From positions 62,001-126,000 of the forward strand of contig JALMLS010000143.1 of the NCBI GenBank assembly GCA_038496445.1: a stretch of DNA of 64,000 nucleotides. The letters run 5' to 3'. The stretch comes from Trichosphaerium sp. ATCC 40318. Taxonomy: Eukaryota; Protista; Tubulinea. Below, in pieces: positions 1 through 13,101 of the stretch; the stretch's first letter is position 1; every line of letters begins with the position of its first letter. The position numbers were made by a program, and so were the translations under genes. The notes under the pieces are model-generated. The model worked only from the letters and a program-made list of their open reading frames with translations. It made no database searches and was not told the DNA's origin.

Positions 1-295
1 ATGATCACACTACAAGGGAAATAGTGATCAATTTGGCCAGCTGGTCAAGTCCTATTGTACAGATAGGCGGTTCAAAAATGGAACATGACACTTCTTGTTG
101 GTTGGTTTTACTACACCCTCAACTGCTTTATTCTGTATAAGTGTGGAGCCCTTACTCCCAAGGTTTTTTACAATTGCAACTGAATTGCTTCTCACAGGGA
201 CAGGAAAATAACCTAATAAATTTGTGACAGTTTTTTTTGTGATTTTTCATGACGACTCCTTTGGCGGATACGCTTTTAGATAGTTTCCGAAATTG

Positions 296-546
296 GATTT
301 CGAGAATCTTTGAGACGAAAAATGTGAAAAAAAAAATTTGCGATAGCAAATTTCAATTCGTTTATGCTGGGAAAGTACTAAAAGGTTAAAGCAATTTTTG
401 TTTGTTGGTTGGTTTATTCGATTAGGCAAGCTTAATTCAGGCGCAGTTCGCGTTACATTGTAGTACAACACAAGTCTAAAACTTGGATCTGCCCTGTCAA
501 AGCACATTTTTTTTCACATTTTTTCGTCTCAAAGATTCTCGAAATC
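296..546. repeat. Inverted repeat pair (~45 bp arms, ~160 bp spacer), MITE-like
   Basis: gatttcgagaatctttgagacgaaaaatgtgaaaaaaa (296-) is the near-perfect reverse complement of ttttttcacattttttcgtctcaaagattctcgaaatc (ending 546); no clear TSD. Confidence 0.6.
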
Positions 547-752
547 AAAGTGATATTACTTTTTTTGCTAGTACTGTCTTCGGCTTAACAGTACTTTACA
601 ATTGCTTTGGATAACACGGTGGATATATAACAAATTAAACCTTGGGATTGAGAGTGTGAAGAACAGCAGAAAAGCATAAAATGATGTTGAAAATCCAATA
701 GAATAATTCGAATGAATACTGGTTGCTAGAGAGTACTTCGCCAAGTATAGTT

Positions 753-3700
753 TTATTTCTGAGCACGCTCTCGTGCATACACACTAAAAGGCATAACCTT
801 TTGTCTTACAGGTGGTACAAGCATCACAACGGCAATAACTGCAAATATAAGGACCAAAAATACAATAGCAACAGAAATACCAATGATTGCTCCTGTTAAT
901 AATGAGCCATCTTCTGCCGTTTCAGAGCACGAGGAAAGTGATGAGAATATGCGCAGTAAAGTTGCATCATCTCGAGTTATGTTAATAAATACACTTGTAT
1001 AGCTAACACGTACCATTTAGAGTGGTACACTCAGCATTGATTGTTGCTGTATCACCAATGGTTATGTTGCAATTCAAAGATCGAATTTCAATAACATCAG
1101 ATTGAGGTTTGTTACCTTCGTTTGTGACGGATATCTCTCCGTCTATATTCACACATCCCCGAACTGTCATGTTTATCCCCGGTGTGTACTTGAGAGAAGT
1201 TCCAGATGGCAAACTGAAATCACCTAGATACTATACTTAGTAACGTTACAACTTAGCGGATTACCTCCAAAAACAATATTATCTGAAACTATCAACTCAT
1301 CCGTGACGGTAATATTATTGGGTATTACAATAGGAACGTTTAAACATATTGCATAGCAATCTGATAGTCCCAACGCCGAACAGATGGTTGAATCCTCACA
1401 GAAGTAATTGCCCTTAAACTTTGAACTATCGTTTTGTTAACAGCAAGGTAGATTTGTAAAAACTAAAAAAAGTACCAATCATTTATGGAGAACTCTTCTG
1501 TTGGGCACCAAAATCTATTGTTACTGACATCCCTAAAATATACTTGTGAGCGCAGAGAAAGAAGCCTTAGTGTGACTCACAGATCATTGATGGTGTTGAG
1601 GTATCCAGGCAATGGTCCATACAATTCATTGTTTGATAAATCACTTTAAATAAGTAAGTATACTACAATTAGTTTAAACGTTGAAACATGTTCATACAGT
1701 ATTGTTAACGTTTTGTTAAAGTTAATATTTTGAGGAAGCTCTCCTGAAAAAGAATTATTCGCCAACGTCAATTCGGCTACATTGAGTTCCAGAATCGAAG
1801 CAGGAATAGACCCAGAAAACTTATTCTGTCCCAAATCGCTAAATGGATTAGTACTGAACGTGTCTTAAGCACAAGACTCACATCCTAGTATACTGATCCC
1901 AAAACATTCTGGTTGGTACTAGATTCTCAATTCCACCAGAAAATGCATTGCCCGCGAGTACACTGTTGTGTTAACTATCAAATAAGTTTAATTTCTACGT
2001 ACGTAATTCTGTATCTAGCCAGGACAGGTGGTATGTCACCACTGAGGTTGTTGTTTCGTACAGTACTATAAAAACTAAGATGTCTATTCTAATATTTCTG
2101 ACCTTACAATATGCTACCGCCGCCAGAGTCAGAGTTAACCTCACGCCAAGGAAGAACTCCTGAGAAAGCATTTTTTCGCAGATTCCTAGAAATGTTTGAG
2201 GGCAAGTGTATCATTAAAACTAAATTATAAACACGTACAAATGAGAGATACTGTACATCCAATCAGGAAGATTGCCTGTCAAGTTATTGGACTGTAGTTC
2301 TCTTATTTGTTTTTTTAATTAGTTCACATTATCACCCACTAGTAAAGCTAACGTACAATCTATTCAAATTGAGTGATTGTAAAAAGGCAGGCACTGTTCC
2401 TTCCAAGGAGCAATTTTCTAGCGCCCTAATAAAACATTTTAGTTCGGACTAAAATAGAGTGGCTGTATGTACAATGTTCTGAGTGCTGTCAACTCCTGAA
2501 AATGTTGAGGTATACTACCCAAGTCTGCGCTGTGCAATGCGCTAGCAAGTGTAAGTAGGCATTAAATAATAAAGGAATGTAGTACAAATGCTGTAGATTT
2601 CTAAAAATCTGAGCTGTTATTCGAGATATGTTCAATTGTATAGCTGATGAAAGACCCCTAAGTAAGTGAAATGCGTTACAACGTGGCTAGTATTAACAAT
2701 TTAAACTGCGTACAAATGTACCAAACCATTCATGTATATCTCCTCAGGTATAGTTCCGCTTATCTCAGTAGAAGAGAGGTCTCTAGGCTGGATTAAGAAC
2801 ATCAAGACTGACTGAGAGACGCACAGCTTTTGTAAGCTATAAGAGGTGAAATTTCGCGGAATTGTGCCGCCAATAGATGTACGTGAAAGATCTCTAAAAA
2901 TAACAAGTAAGAATAGCTCTCTTTGACCCAACGTACAAGGTTTCTAGGTTAACAAGACGCTCAAATAGATTTTGAGGTATTACGCCGGTTACATTTTCAT
3001 GCCCTGAAATAACGCTATATCAATCAGAATGAGTTGCCATTTAGGCAAGCATTGTTTTACCAGAAATACTTACAGGTGTGTTAGGTTTAGTAGACGTTTC
3101 AAGTCTGGGATAGACCCTCTTAAACTTGACTCAGATTCTTGGACTAGGTGCCTAGTAAAATCACGTGAGACAAAAAGGCACCAGGTGTTCTACCGTACAG
3201 TTCTTTCAAGCTAGTCATATTTCCAATACATGCCGGAATTTCGCCTGAAATATCAGCAACTAATGTTCTTTGTGATGTTAGTGGCTGGTTGTTGTATGTA
3301 CACGCACAATTTTGTAAGTGACGTCAACTCACACAAGCTTTGTGTTATAGATACAAATATACTACGTCCCATGAGATCTCTACGAGATAAACACACTCAG
3401 CAAAATCTGCAAGGACGACAACGTACAGGCATTTTAGATTTCGAAAGTTTGCGAGTTCAAACGGCCACGTGATTAAATCACCATTCATGACGCTTAGTAG
3501 TAAAGTTAGGCTTTGACACTGTAAACCAAACAGTAAAAAGCGTACAGGTCTTCTAATGTGTTGTTTATACTGTCGAAAGCATTGGAGGATAAATTTAACA
3601 ACTTTGAGGAGCCAAGTTCCCTGCAGTTAACAAGTTTAGTATTCGCAAACACCACATTGCTTTCTCGCGCACAAGCCTGTAATAGCACCACCGTTACATG

Positions 3701-3890
3701 TTACCGCACTATGACTACAGAGCTAAAAGACAAAAGTCACTATTTGGGTTAATTTCTTTCGTACGCTATTATAAGACTCTTCAGGGTACATCGCCGCCAA
3801 CACTGCTTCAACGTCACTTTGTGCATGAGCAAAAGAACACACTGTAAGCAATAGTACAATGACTCGCAACGCTAGTACATTACTTTCCAT
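753..3890 (-). CDS. LRR receptor-like transmembrane protein (inverted, diverged paralog, copy E), multi-exon
   Basis: Signal peptide MESNVLALRVIVLLLTVCSFAHA; LRR exons (DLSRTSIGGTIP, DLSSTEISGTIP, LGQNKFSGSIP, LANNSFSGELP); juxtamembrane GCVNIDG..IRSLNC; TM AIIGISVAIVFLVLIFAVIAVVMLV; short tail. Confidence 0.9.
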
Positions 3891-4336
3891 TCAATGATGT
3901 CTGTTGAATTTTACAGTTCAATTTTGGTGGTTTAACTCTTTACCATTGACCATTCGCAGTATTTGTAAATCACGTGCACACAGCGACAATAGCGGGGTAA
4001 TGAGTAGTGTAATACCGCGTATTTCTCCACAAGGGCGAATACGTTACACGCGCGGAGAAATTGGTGAATACGTAAATATTTATCCCGCAAGTTTGGTAAC
4101 GCTAAAAACAGATAATCTTTAAACAAGGAGATGTACGCACACTGATTGTATGTGATTGCTAGTTGGTGAGATTTCAAAAGGATAAGTTTGAGATGATAGT
4201 TTACACTGGAAGTAATACAATATGAGGTTGATATTTATTGTTTTGTGTTTAACGGTTATAGTTCCTTGCTGTGATGAGATTGATATTTTTTCTGAAAGGC
4301 ACGTGTTAGTTTTGGAAAAAAATAGGAAACAAACGC

Positions 4337-5515
4337 TTATAAAGTGTACCTTTTGTTTATAGGGCTTTCAGTTTTTTCAATAGTAATGTCACCGAACCCT
4401 AGGCGTTCCAGAGCGTTTATAATCTCATTGTGGTTGTTCTCCATTGCAAGCTCAGTCATCACATAATTTAACATACTATTGTCTCCAGTACACCCTTGTA
4501 TAGCTTCTCGTGCATCATCACCATCCTCAAAATAAGGCCAATGAACCTCACCATCATTATCCGAATCTACAAAAACTTTGTAGAATGTTTCACCAAAGAT
4601 ATCAACTCTCTTTTTTGTTCCGTCTCCAAAATAAGCAGTTGCCTTCTTTTTCAAATTAATAAGATGACTCTCTTCTAAATCTGCACGACGCATAATCTGA
4701 CCAATGCAATGAGCGTCTTGTAGTAGTTTAATCTCTAATACTTCCATATCATACCTAAATCCACGTGTCAACAAACGACACATTGAAAAAAAGCCAAAAA
4801 AAAAAAAAAACACGTGCCCACTAATCTTGCTGTATAGTTCCAGTTTCTCTTGTATCAAAGGCGCCATCAACTCACCTTGTTCGATCTCCCATCCATCAAG
4901 ATTGTAGTGATTAATACCAGGATAAAGCGCATGGAATACAGCAATCAGAGCAGCTGTAGTATCAACATTTGCGTCGAAAGGATTTTGTATTGTAGCTTGT
5001 TCCAAAAAACCAGGAACTTTGGAGTTTTCGCAATCGCTCTCTGTAGCTTTTCTGTATTTCACAAAAGGCTGTAGTTCTATAAGTAGTGTACCGTCTGATG
5101 TAAAGCTATTAGCTTTAACCAACGCTTTCTTAAGGTTTTTGATGGCTGTGATGTGATTTGAAGTTGGTACGCCGTCATCAAGTCTCTCGAGGTATATTTG
5201 CTTGAACATAACGCCGTACGCGTCAAAATCGTACGTAGTGACGTCTCCTGTTATATGAAGCATCTGATCGATTGAACCCCTTGGAAACGTTACTGGGAGC
5301 TTCTCTAGAGTTGTTATATGCTTATCGCCGATATACACGGGCATTTTAGACTGCTTCCATAGATTTTTGTATACACTCGTTGGTAATAGGTCTATTGGCT
5401 TTCTCATTGTTCCCACTATCAATAAAGGCCTCGGTTCTGTTTTACGCCAATCAACACCATACATAACGAAAAGAACTGCTACCACAGCTACCATTACAAC
5501 GTGGATGACAGCCAT
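4337..5515 (-). CDS. Hypothetical protein with N-terminal signal/anchor; probable 63-nt GC-AG intron at 4755-4817
   Basis: 392-aa ORF; hydrophobic N-terminus; poly-T segment translating as VFFFFFGFF is bounded by GCACGT...TTTAG. Confidence 0.75.
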   Translation of the reverse strand: MAVIHVVMVAVVAVLFVMYGVDWRKTEPRPLLIVGTMRKPIDLLPTSVYKNLWKQSKMPVYIGDKHITTLEKLPVTFPRGSIDQMLHITGDVTTYDFDAYGVMFKQIYLERLDDGVPTSNHITAIKNLKKALVKANSFTSDGTLLIELQPFVKYRKATESDCENSKVPGFLEQATIQNPFDANVDTTAALIAVFHALYPGINHYNLDGWEIEQGELMAPLIQEKLELYSKISGHVFFFFFGFFSMCRLLTRGFRYDMEVLEIKLLQDAHCIGQIMRRADLEESHLINLKKKATAYFGDGTKKRVDIFGETFYKVFVDSDNDGEVHWPYFEDGDDAREAIQGCTGDNSMLNYVMTELAMENNHNEIINALERLGFGDITIEKTESPINKRYTL

Positions 5516-5782
5516 GTGAGGCGCCGTTTCGAAAACTGTTACTGTTATGTTGTCAGCGCTTACTTATGTGGGAATAAATTGATGCGCAATCAACCTCTCC
5601 AGAAGCGATAGGTAAGCATGAATGCATGATATCGCTCACGCACGTCAATTTGCAATAGACATAGCTTCTACTGTGATGTACGTGGTGTTCTTATTAAGAT
5701 GCTCGTTTTGGCTGATAAGTAATTACTTAAAAAGGAAAGTACTTCCTTTCTAAAGATTTTCCACCGCAGCTCTTTGTAAAGA

Positions 5783-8190
5783 ATGCAGTTACGCATATTA
5801 TTATCAATTGTTGTACTTGCACACTTAGCTCCTTCTGTGGTTGCTGACAGGGCAGATAACGACCCAAACAGGATATACTATGCTCAAAACAACAGAATGT
5901 TAACGTCCTACGAGCCAGAGTATGAAACAAATCGCATCATTTACGGTCCAACGGAGAAAAACATCACTTCTTTCGCAAAACACGGTGATTATATCTACTA
6001 CACGCTTCAAGATAGTAACACAATATCAATTGTAAGAAAAGCGTTCCTGCCGATTCTTCAGTTATTTCTCACAGTTTCCACAAGGTGGACATAAGAGGTG
6101 CTGAGAGTAAAGTATGGGAAACTTTAGACCAGGTTCCAACAGCGTTACGCATCGCAAGGCTACAGGATGGTAATAATTATCACCCACTTGTTTGCAATGG
6201 TTTAAAACTTACTGTTGTAGGTCACTACTACCTCGCCATCGCCACCAATGCAAAGCTTGCTTACTTTAAAGACTTGACAGCTGATTCAAGTTTGAAGAGC
6301 ATAAACGTTCCTTGTACGCCTTTAAACGTATTATTTTAACACTTATCGTTTATTTCAGTACGAATGAGGTTTAGTAACGTTTATGGCATTGATGTCGTGT
6401 TTTACAAGTACGTGCCACTGCGACTATCGATGAAGTATTGAGTTCCCGTGTAGAAACAATCCATACGTTTTGTTTTCAAACCAAGAAGGTTCTTTGCATC
6501 TTGTGACCTATGATTTGGCTTCAGAGTCTTCTCACATTAAATTTATTGGCAAGAATGCATCAGGCTTGGTATGCTTGCATGTATCCGTAGTGTACTGTTG
6601 CGAGATGGTGTAAACGTTTATCTAATAAGCTGCTTAGAAACGTATTTCGCGCGTTTTCTTCAAATGAGTTGTTTTACTGGCTCTTTTCTGATGGATTTGT
6701 GGCTGATAGAGATGTTAAAGGTATTCCTGATAATGGTATAACATCAATGGGAAGCGCAAATGGACAGTACGTTAATAAAAATTATTTGAAAAAAAAAATC
6801 AAAAGAAAATGACATTGTTTTTTTTTTCAATTAGATACTTCATTTCTGTGCCAAGTGAGAACTACGTTTCTGTCATAGATGGCTACTTCCAAGAAACTAC
6901 AAGAAAAGTACCAATAAGTTCAGATAAAATATTGGGAGTCAAGGCCACTGGAAGAGCTTACTGGTCTGAAGGTAAGTTTTCGTGTTTTTTTCTGACACAT
7001 TTTGACACGCAAATTTTGACATTTTGACACATTGTGCTAAACTTTTTCTATTTTAGGTGATATGTTATTCTCAACAGAAGCCACTGGAACTTTAGATCAA
7101 GTTCCGGTTTATGAACTACCACCAAGTCAATGTCAAAAACCAATCGCTGCAATTGATGTTATTCAACATGAGTCAAACGAAACTGTACGCCATTGCGTTT
7201 TTTCCTTTTTTTTGTACTGTTTTGACGTTTAATGTAGCTTTTCTATTCCTGTGGAAGTAATCTATTGAAAATGTCATTACACGGAGACGGAGTAGCTCAG
7301 GTATTCTCTTCTTTTGATCACGACATTACAGGTATATTTTGCTTCCAAAAACTCTAACGGAATATTACGCCCTTTAACAGTTTATTGTTAGATATTGCTC
7401 ATGAAAAATATGATGAACCTGCACTGTATGTTGTACAAAATACCTCTTCAATTGTAAAATTGGGCTTTGATGCAGAAGGAAACGCAAAGTAAGTAACAAT
7501 TTTTTCGTCTTTAGTTTTAACCCTTTTTAGGTCTGAGGTAATTGATACCAAACTCAAGAATCTGGTGAGAGTGAGCGAAAACCGCAAAGGTGAGAAATAT
7601 TTCAAAGGCTCTTTGAAATCTTCTAAATCAAGGAAACTAGATATTTTTGTACTTAGCCAAGATACTTCTTCAAACTATTCAGTTTACACGATTGATAAAT
7701 CGACACGTGAAGTTAAGCTCCTTGTCACAATTGGACTACCTCCTCAAGCAGTACCTGCCATTGAAGCTACACCACAATCTTTCTTTGTAGTAGCTGAGTA
7801 CAACGTAGACCAAAAGACGGTACAATTTTACATGATTTTCTAGCATCATGTTTTGATAGGAAACTATTCTTGCACATTACTAATTACATTTTAGGCTATC
7901 AGAGAGTATAGATTTGACAACATGGATCAACCAAGAACTACCCTAGAGCGCGATTTAATATACCTCGTTGGATACAAACCAGGGTATACTATATTGGTCT
8001 TTTATCACTTATTAATTGTTACCTATTTAGATATGTTCAAGTGGGTATACCAGAAAACAGGATTCTATACCGTATTTTGGAGGACTCTATAAGTACAACA
8101 TCTTTTATAGACACTAAGGCAATAGATTGGAGTAAGACAAGTGTAATGGCATACTGTGAAGACTGCATGGCACCTTCAGTTGGTAAAATA
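5783..8190 (+). CDS. Secreted protein, probable beta-propeller, multi-exon
   Basis: Signal peptide MQLRILLSIVVLAHLAPSVVA; repeated beta-strand motifs (IYYAQ, YIYYT, AYWSE, LYVVQ); GT..AG introns; ends ...YCEDCMAPSVGK*. Confidence 0.7.
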
Positions 8191-9118
8191 ATTGGTTAAA
8201 AAAAACCAATAAATAAATACCTGTTTCAACAAAATCAAAGGAGTTTATACACGTTGATAAATACTCTTTTTAATCTAGTAATCCAAGTATTGGTAAGATA
8301 AACAATGAACGTGGTTTGTCATAAACAAAGAAACTGTGACATTGTCTTTATTCTGTATTCTTTCGGTTTTGAGACTTTTTTGTGGTACTTAATCTTACCA
8401 TCTTCTTCGATATAAGAAGCCTTCACAAACTCTATTGCAATTGGCTTATCTGTTTTCTCGTTGAAGTAATAATGTGCTTGACATGATTTGTTTTCTTCGT
8501 CAATCATTTGGTTAACAATCATATAATAACAAGCTGCGTATTGCTATCATGCTCTATCTATTGTCTTCTCCCATTCCTCAATAGAGTTGTATTTTGTTGC
8601 AGCACCATTGACGATAAGTGAATGAATGTTCCTTTGCGTAGACCTCTACAATACTCTATAAGAAAGTCTACCGTTGTTTTTTGTTGTAGTTTAGCTATGT
8701 ATTCAGCGTGCATCTTTGATACTTTATCTTTTACACTTAGTTCAAACATTGCCATTTTTCAATGTTTTTTTAGTTGTTTGGTTGTATTATTATAATACGT
8801 GGAGAACTTGGTTTTATGGATATTTGCGAGTTTTCTATTTCCAAAATTGTACAACGCTAATGCCAGCAAAGCTATTTGCTATCAATGTTCAGAGAGTCTG
8901 TAGATTTTGTGAAGAATTAACAGAGAATGAGAAAATTACAAAGAAAATTACTATGTTAACTTCGAGAGATGTCAAGCTATTTATATCCAACTGAAGCTGA
9001 TCTTCCATCTAAATTGCTTCATGGCAAACCAAAGAGGATCTATTTGAAATTGGGCCTTAACAATAAGCTTCCTTATACTAAAACACTATTGTCCCGGTTT
9101 TCTCCCTTTCGTTCGAAA

Positions 9119-12100
9119 ATGCGGTGCCTCTTGTATATTAAAACAATAGTACTCTTGATAGTATTAGCATCGGAAATGACAACAGGGAACAGTGAACTTT
9201 ATGAACAGTTATCACAAAAGTACCCAGATAATCCGTCCTTTCACGTGCGTAGTTCTCATACTTTCGTATGTTTAAATTTACTTTTTTGTCTATCATTTAG
9301 ATCTGTAATGCGACTGAAGTCGTTTGTAATAGCGACAGCAACGTAGTAATAATGTACAAGTCAAATTACAGTTTTTGGGAACTAACACGTAATAGTACGC
9401 TCAGAAGTTCATTACAAATGCCTCTACCTGACAATGCTTTCGACCATTACAGGGACACATTAACTCATTTGTACGTAGTGACACTGTTAAAATACCTTCT
9501 AAATTAGTAATTGTAGAACCATAAGCGACCATGAAATCACGTGGAATTTAACTGCGAGTATCGAAAATCTAGCTAGTCTGTGTCACTTGTACGGTTCTCT
9601 TTTTTTTTACGTTATCTCAATGGTTGTGTTTAGGGAAATCGACGCAGAGTACGTGTCAGGGCCGTTCACGCCGTCACTGTGTAAGCTAGCAAATTTAACT
9701 TACGTGTACGCCATCACCGTAGAATCCAGTTGTACAACACGTGATTTTTTCGTACTGAACTAATTGTGTAGAGAGCTTCAAATGAGGTTTTCAGGAACGG
9801 TGCCAGAATGTTTAGGAGACATGATAGCTTTGGAAGAATTGTTCGTTGTAATTTCCTTTTAACGACTAACTCACTACAAGACACTTGAGACCCAGAAATG
9901 GTAATGAACTGTATGGACCAATTCCAGATTCAATTGTAAACCTACAAAATTTGAGAGAACTGTAAGGATCATTTGGTATTGTCTTGGCTCCTCATTTACT
10001 CCTTTTTTTTTCTGTAGCGATTTATTCTGGACTAGAGAAATCAATGGAACCCTTCCTGATGATCTTTTTGCAAAGCTTCCAAACCTTGAGTTGTTGTACG
10101 TGTAGATACTTTAACCAAAACATTAAACTGTTTATCAGACGTCTTGTAAGAACAAAAATTGAATGGACTGTACCAGATGTTCCTTCTAACTCTAGCCTAC
10201 ATTCTTTGTACGTCTATACTCCCAATAGAATCTAACTTAGCTAAGGACATTAGATTATAGTACTAAAATAAATGGCACAATACCTGACATATTCTACACA
10301 CGTGGATTCAAGCGACTGTACGCTTAATGTATCATACCACAACTGATAATAACAAAGCGGTATCCGCCAAGTTCCGTCTTATCTTACAAGCAGTTTTAAC
10401 ATTACTCGTATTCAGGTGCCTCATATCATAACACACTTGTACGAGAAAATTACTTCCCAATAGTTTTTAAATTAAGTTCTAGGCAAATAGAAAACTACAA
10501 CTTAACCTCATTTCCGAGTATATTATATGAAATGTCCAATCTTACAGAACTGTACGCCGTATAAACTTCAATTCAATTTATAATAGATTCCTAGAGTAAT
10601 GGCACATTGTGAACTTGAAGGTTCTCTTCCAAGTGTACTGGGTACCTTTATTAATTTGAGAAAATTGTACGTCCATCGTACTATTATCACAGTCAAATTG
10701 TTAACAAGTTTTTAGGGATGTTAGTTACAACAGACTAACTGGAACCCTTCCTGAGTGGATTTACAACATCACCGAAATGTACCTGGTTTAAATCTGTTCT
10801 ACTTTGTTATTTATACTTCACTTAGAGATCTGAGAAATAACTTGCTTGAAGGGGACCTGCCACAACAATCATCAACTAACAATAAGTTTAGAATGTAATT
10901 ACTTATTTATCTTATGTTGTACTAACTGATATTTTGCAGAATTCTTGAAGATAACTATCTATCAGGCAGTCTCAGTGGTGTATTTAGCGACTATAATCAC
11001 GTGTACGTTACCTTGATGCTATTGATAATTAGTAATTACTTATCGAAGGTATATATCAAACAATTTAATAAGTGGAGGACTTGAGTATTTATCAAACAGT
11101 ACCAATAAGCAAGCAATGTACCTAATTCTACTTGCTTATGTATTCCTAACTTACAACCGCACAGAAGCGCTTCATACAATCGCTTTACTGGAATACTTCC
11201 TACAGCGTTTGCAGATGAACCTTATGATCTAATGTATGAGTATTTATCCTAACCAGCTAATTTTGTTTTTGTAGAGATTTGAGCTACAACGAACTTAAAG
11301 GAACTATTTCATCTTCTCTCATGAAACTGAATGTAGCCGTGTTAAGGCTAAATGATAATCAACTTTCAGGAGAGCTTCCTAATGTTGATGAAATTACAAT
11401 GGATGAGTTGTACGTTTAACAATTCACATTCTTACATTCCTAAAACAAAAAGGGATTTATCAAACAACAAACTATTTGGACCATTACCTGAATATCTTGC
11501 AGCACTCAATGAAATGTTCGTTTCTCTTTTGTGTATAAACTCACACTCACTTTACCGTTAGTGACGTTCGTAATAATAGATTTTGGTGTCCGTCTGTAAA
11601 ATTTGAAGCAAGCGATTGGTAAGACTATGACCCGTACCCTTAATAACACAAATATTAACTCATTTGTAGTTCTCAGTTTAATGATTCTTTTGGAAACAAT
11701 TACTTCTGTGATGAGTCTGGTATAACCTGTGAAGAGATAGGAAGCCTTAACTGCAGTAATGTATGTCGAAGCCTCCCTATTGTTATACCTCAAGATGTGA
11801 TTGTAAATGACAAGTTGATACTTACAAACAATGTTATCATTGAAGGTACAATACATGATGGAATCATGTTTAATAACCGTGTCCTAATGTTCTAAATGAC
11901 AGGTGACTTCAGTATATCAACCAACAGCTCTATCGAGAATACACCAGGCCTACAGATCAACGTGAGTGGATGTGTAAGTATAAACGGAAGTGTGGATGTG
12001 ACAGAAGGTGATACTTCAAATGACAATTTACTTGAAATTCATAGTTTGAATTGTACAATAAGTCTTGGTGATACATTCACAGCTTCCACACCAACTTGTA

Positions 12101-12386
12101 CTCTCAAACACACAACAAACGGTATGCTTTATCGTCAGTGACTTTAAATTGACAACTACTCATACTTTGTCTGTCAGCACAATCAAACTTGTTGACTGTA
12201 TTCAAACCATCAACATGTTCTGAAAATGATGAAACTTCAGGATTGTCGATGGGTGTAATCATCGGTATTTCAATTGCTGGTGCATTGATCGTTGTTGTCG
12301 TACTTATTATCATTTCGTTTTCTGTTCCAGCAATTAGAAACACCATTCTACCATACAGAGAGTACAATAAAAGAAATTCATATTAA
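9119..12386 (+). CDS. LRR receptor-like transmembrane protein, copy A (~24 exons)
   Basis: MRCLLYIKTIVLLIVLA signal; Cys cap ICNATEVVC; ~19 plant-type LRRs (LxLxxNxLxGxLP) mostly one per exon; RFWCP cap; TM VIIGISIAGALIVVVVLIIISFSV; tail PAIRNTILPYREYNKRNSY. Confidence 0.92.
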
Positions 12387-12794
12387 TTTAGCTAACACGA
12401 CTTACTATGGCTAATAAATCTGCCTAAATTTTCTCTTGCGCTTTCCCATGGTTCCCCCTCACCAATAAAAATGCAACCACTTTCCTGCAACCATCTCCTC
12501 CTTTGTTCTCCTGCTTCCCTGTTAATAATTATTCCAAGTCACCAACAACTCAACCATCAAATCAACTCCACAGCAGCGGTACTAAACCAACACCTATTGA
12601 CATTTAATTACATTTTACTATGTCTCTCAGAGTTCAAAATATGCTTATAAAAGAGCTGCAGGCATTACTATGTTAGTTCTATTATTGGGTATTAGCTTGG
12701 TGTCAACACTTAACTAATGGTTATCTACCTCAATCAACAAAACGTTATCCCACGAGGACTCCTATTTTGCCGATTTCTCGCTTTTGCTTCAATA

Positions 12795-12911
12795 ATGCGG
12801 TGCGATTTGTATATAAAAACAACCGTACTCTTGATAGTAGTAGCAATCGCAACCGGGAGCAATGAGCTTTTTGAACTGCTATCGAAGGAATCCGATAGTA
12901 CATCCTTTCAC
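12795..12911 (+). pseudogene. Truncated exon-1 remnant of an LRR receptor paralog
   Basis: MRCDLYIKTTVLLIVVAIATGSNELFELLSKESDSTSFH followed by donor gtgcgt, homologous to copy A exon 1; sequence then switches to the upstream region shared by copies B/C/D. Confidence 0.8.
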
Positions 12912-13101
12912 GTGCGTGTTATTTATCCAGGATTTAGGTTTCTTCTCCGTTGTGGCGTACTAAACAAGGGCTTATGACGTACCTTGTTTATCAAGCACTG
13001 TAGAGATATTACACAAAATGTAATAACAAGCGCACGTTTTTGTACTCCTACCCTAATTCAAAACTTTTCCAAACAACCCATTTTCTCCCTTTTACTACAA
13101 C

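Noticed and set aside
8319-8755. Two adjacent minus-strand ORFs that might form one gene
   Set aside because: Joining needs read-through of TGA TAG or implausibly short introns; no recognisable domain; possibly a decayed gene.
12420-12600. Strongly G-poor strand-skewed segment between LRR copy A and the remnant
   Set aside because: Only a ~43-codon minus-strand frame; no repeat or structure supports a call.
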